Assembly (NCBI GenBank): GCA_033442325.1
Contig: JAWQFM010000017.1
Coordinates: forward strand, 1-20,835
Source: Salpingoeca rosetta
Lineage: Eukaryota > Protista > Choanoflagellata
Length of the DNA stretch: 20,835 nucleotides
Direction: 5' to 3'
In this document: piece by piece, positions 20,166 through 20,835 of the stretch
Layout of the letters: every line of letters begins with the position of its first letter
How positions within the stretch are numbered: position 1 is the first letter of the stretch
Made by a program: the position numbers and the translations under genes
Notes under the pieces: model-generated
The model's input: only the letters and a program-made list of their open reading frames with translations
Databases searched by the model: none
Told to the model about the DNA's origin: nothing

Positions 20166-20733
20166 CTGACCAAAAGGGCTCTCCACTCTTGGTCTTTGCG
20201 CCTGCGGGGAAAGTGGCGATGAGGTCCAGTATGACGTCGCGGGAAAACGCGTGGAAGTCGCGCCACGCCAGCGACACACACGTCTCCATCGTCGGCTTCT
20301 CTTGCAGCTGAAAGAAAGAACGTGTCGGTGGTGGTGGTGGTGGTGGTGGTGGTGGTTCGGTGGTGGTGTCAACCCTCATCACCAGGAAAGGGCGTGTCAT
20401 CACAACCTCCACAACCTCCATCACACAATTACCACACAATTACCACACGCTACCACCACCTTCACCACCAACAACAACACCAGCACCTCTGCGGCGAGGT
20501 CTTTGATGGCCTTGAGCATGTCCACGCCGCGTTCGAGGGCGCCGATCCGCTCGCCGCCCACGTGCTGCATCAATCTTCGTCTCCAGCCCCGAGATGAAGC
20601 CCTCAGGGTCCTCCAGGAACTGCTGCATTGCGACGAGGGTTCACAAACAAGGTCCGCGGGCTTGGCCGCGCCCACTCGATACAGAGTCGAGAGGGGCGGG
20701 AGTTTCGCAGCGTGCAATTCTGATTGCTGCCCC
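20166..20733 (-). pseudogene. Ubiquitin-activating enzyme E1 (UBA1-type) fragment: catalytic-cysteine (SCCH) region, degraded
   Basis: Exon 20733-20487 contains NCTLRNS...CIEWAR...LFVNP (canonical PxCTLxNFP..H(C/T)IEWAR; Cys codon 20714-20716), then QQFLEDPEGFI and GGERIGALERGVDMLKAIKDLAAE in different frames. Exon 20307-20166 reads LQEKPTMETCVSLAWRDFHAFSRDVILDLIATFPAGAKTKSGEPFWSG, matching the UBA1 ..DCV.WA...F...I.QLL..FP......GAPFWSG pattern. Several frameshifts in the upstream exon. Confidence 0.85.
20327..20368. repeat. (GGT)n repeat; sense (ACC)n at the 3' end of the E1 intron
   Basis: Direct reading. Confidence 0.93.
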
Positions 20734-20835
20734 CTGAGACAGAAAAAAAAGAGAAAGAAGGGGTTGTGGGCGGGGGGACAATGGGTGGTTAGAAGGTACA
20801 AGGGTGAAGGTTTCAAAAGAAGCAAGCACGGTTAA

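Noticed and set aside
17101-20439. ORFs spanning N runs
   Set aside because: Their continuity is an artefact of X translation across gaps.
1-20835. Transposon, viral or prokaryotic defence system
   Set aside because: No transposase, RT, integrase, capsid, cas gene, terminal repeat or operon structure was detected by eye. The DNA is eukaryotic with spliceosomal introns.

Overview
Intron-rich eukaryotic DNA saturated with (CA)n/(TG)n microsatellites. The style (short GT-AG introns opening with GT repeats, TNFR/furin-like Cys-rich surface protein, EXT-like GT47) strongly suggests a choanoflagellate such as Salpingoeca rosetta; this is inference. Most ORF-track entries are microsatellite artefacts. 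Manual splicing recovers six gene remnants, all disabled by frameshifts, stops or missing exons. On the minus strand: an EXT1/exostosin-like GT47 (~6495-8754) and a KWxGGVLAxNG beta-propeller repeat fragment (~8809-9120). On the plus strand: a signal peptide + WSC + GH3 beta-xylosidase N-half (9650-12269), running through one intron into a ~2.9 kb intronless Cys-rich surface-protein remnant (12459-~15375). On the minus strand again: a WD40 gene with a homeodomain-like WFINKRK exon (~16450-19497) and the catalytic-Cys region of a UBA1-type E1 (20166-20733). There are two assembly gaps. The window reads as a mosaic of decayed gene fragments whose apparent joins fall in microsatellite-containing introns. 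The two most interesting signals are (i) introns with a G/T-repeat 5' arm and a complementary A/C-repeat 3' arm, a possible structure-guided splicing code, and (ii) possible microsatellite-mediated exon shuffling. No intact gene, RNA gene, transposase or CRISPR array was found.
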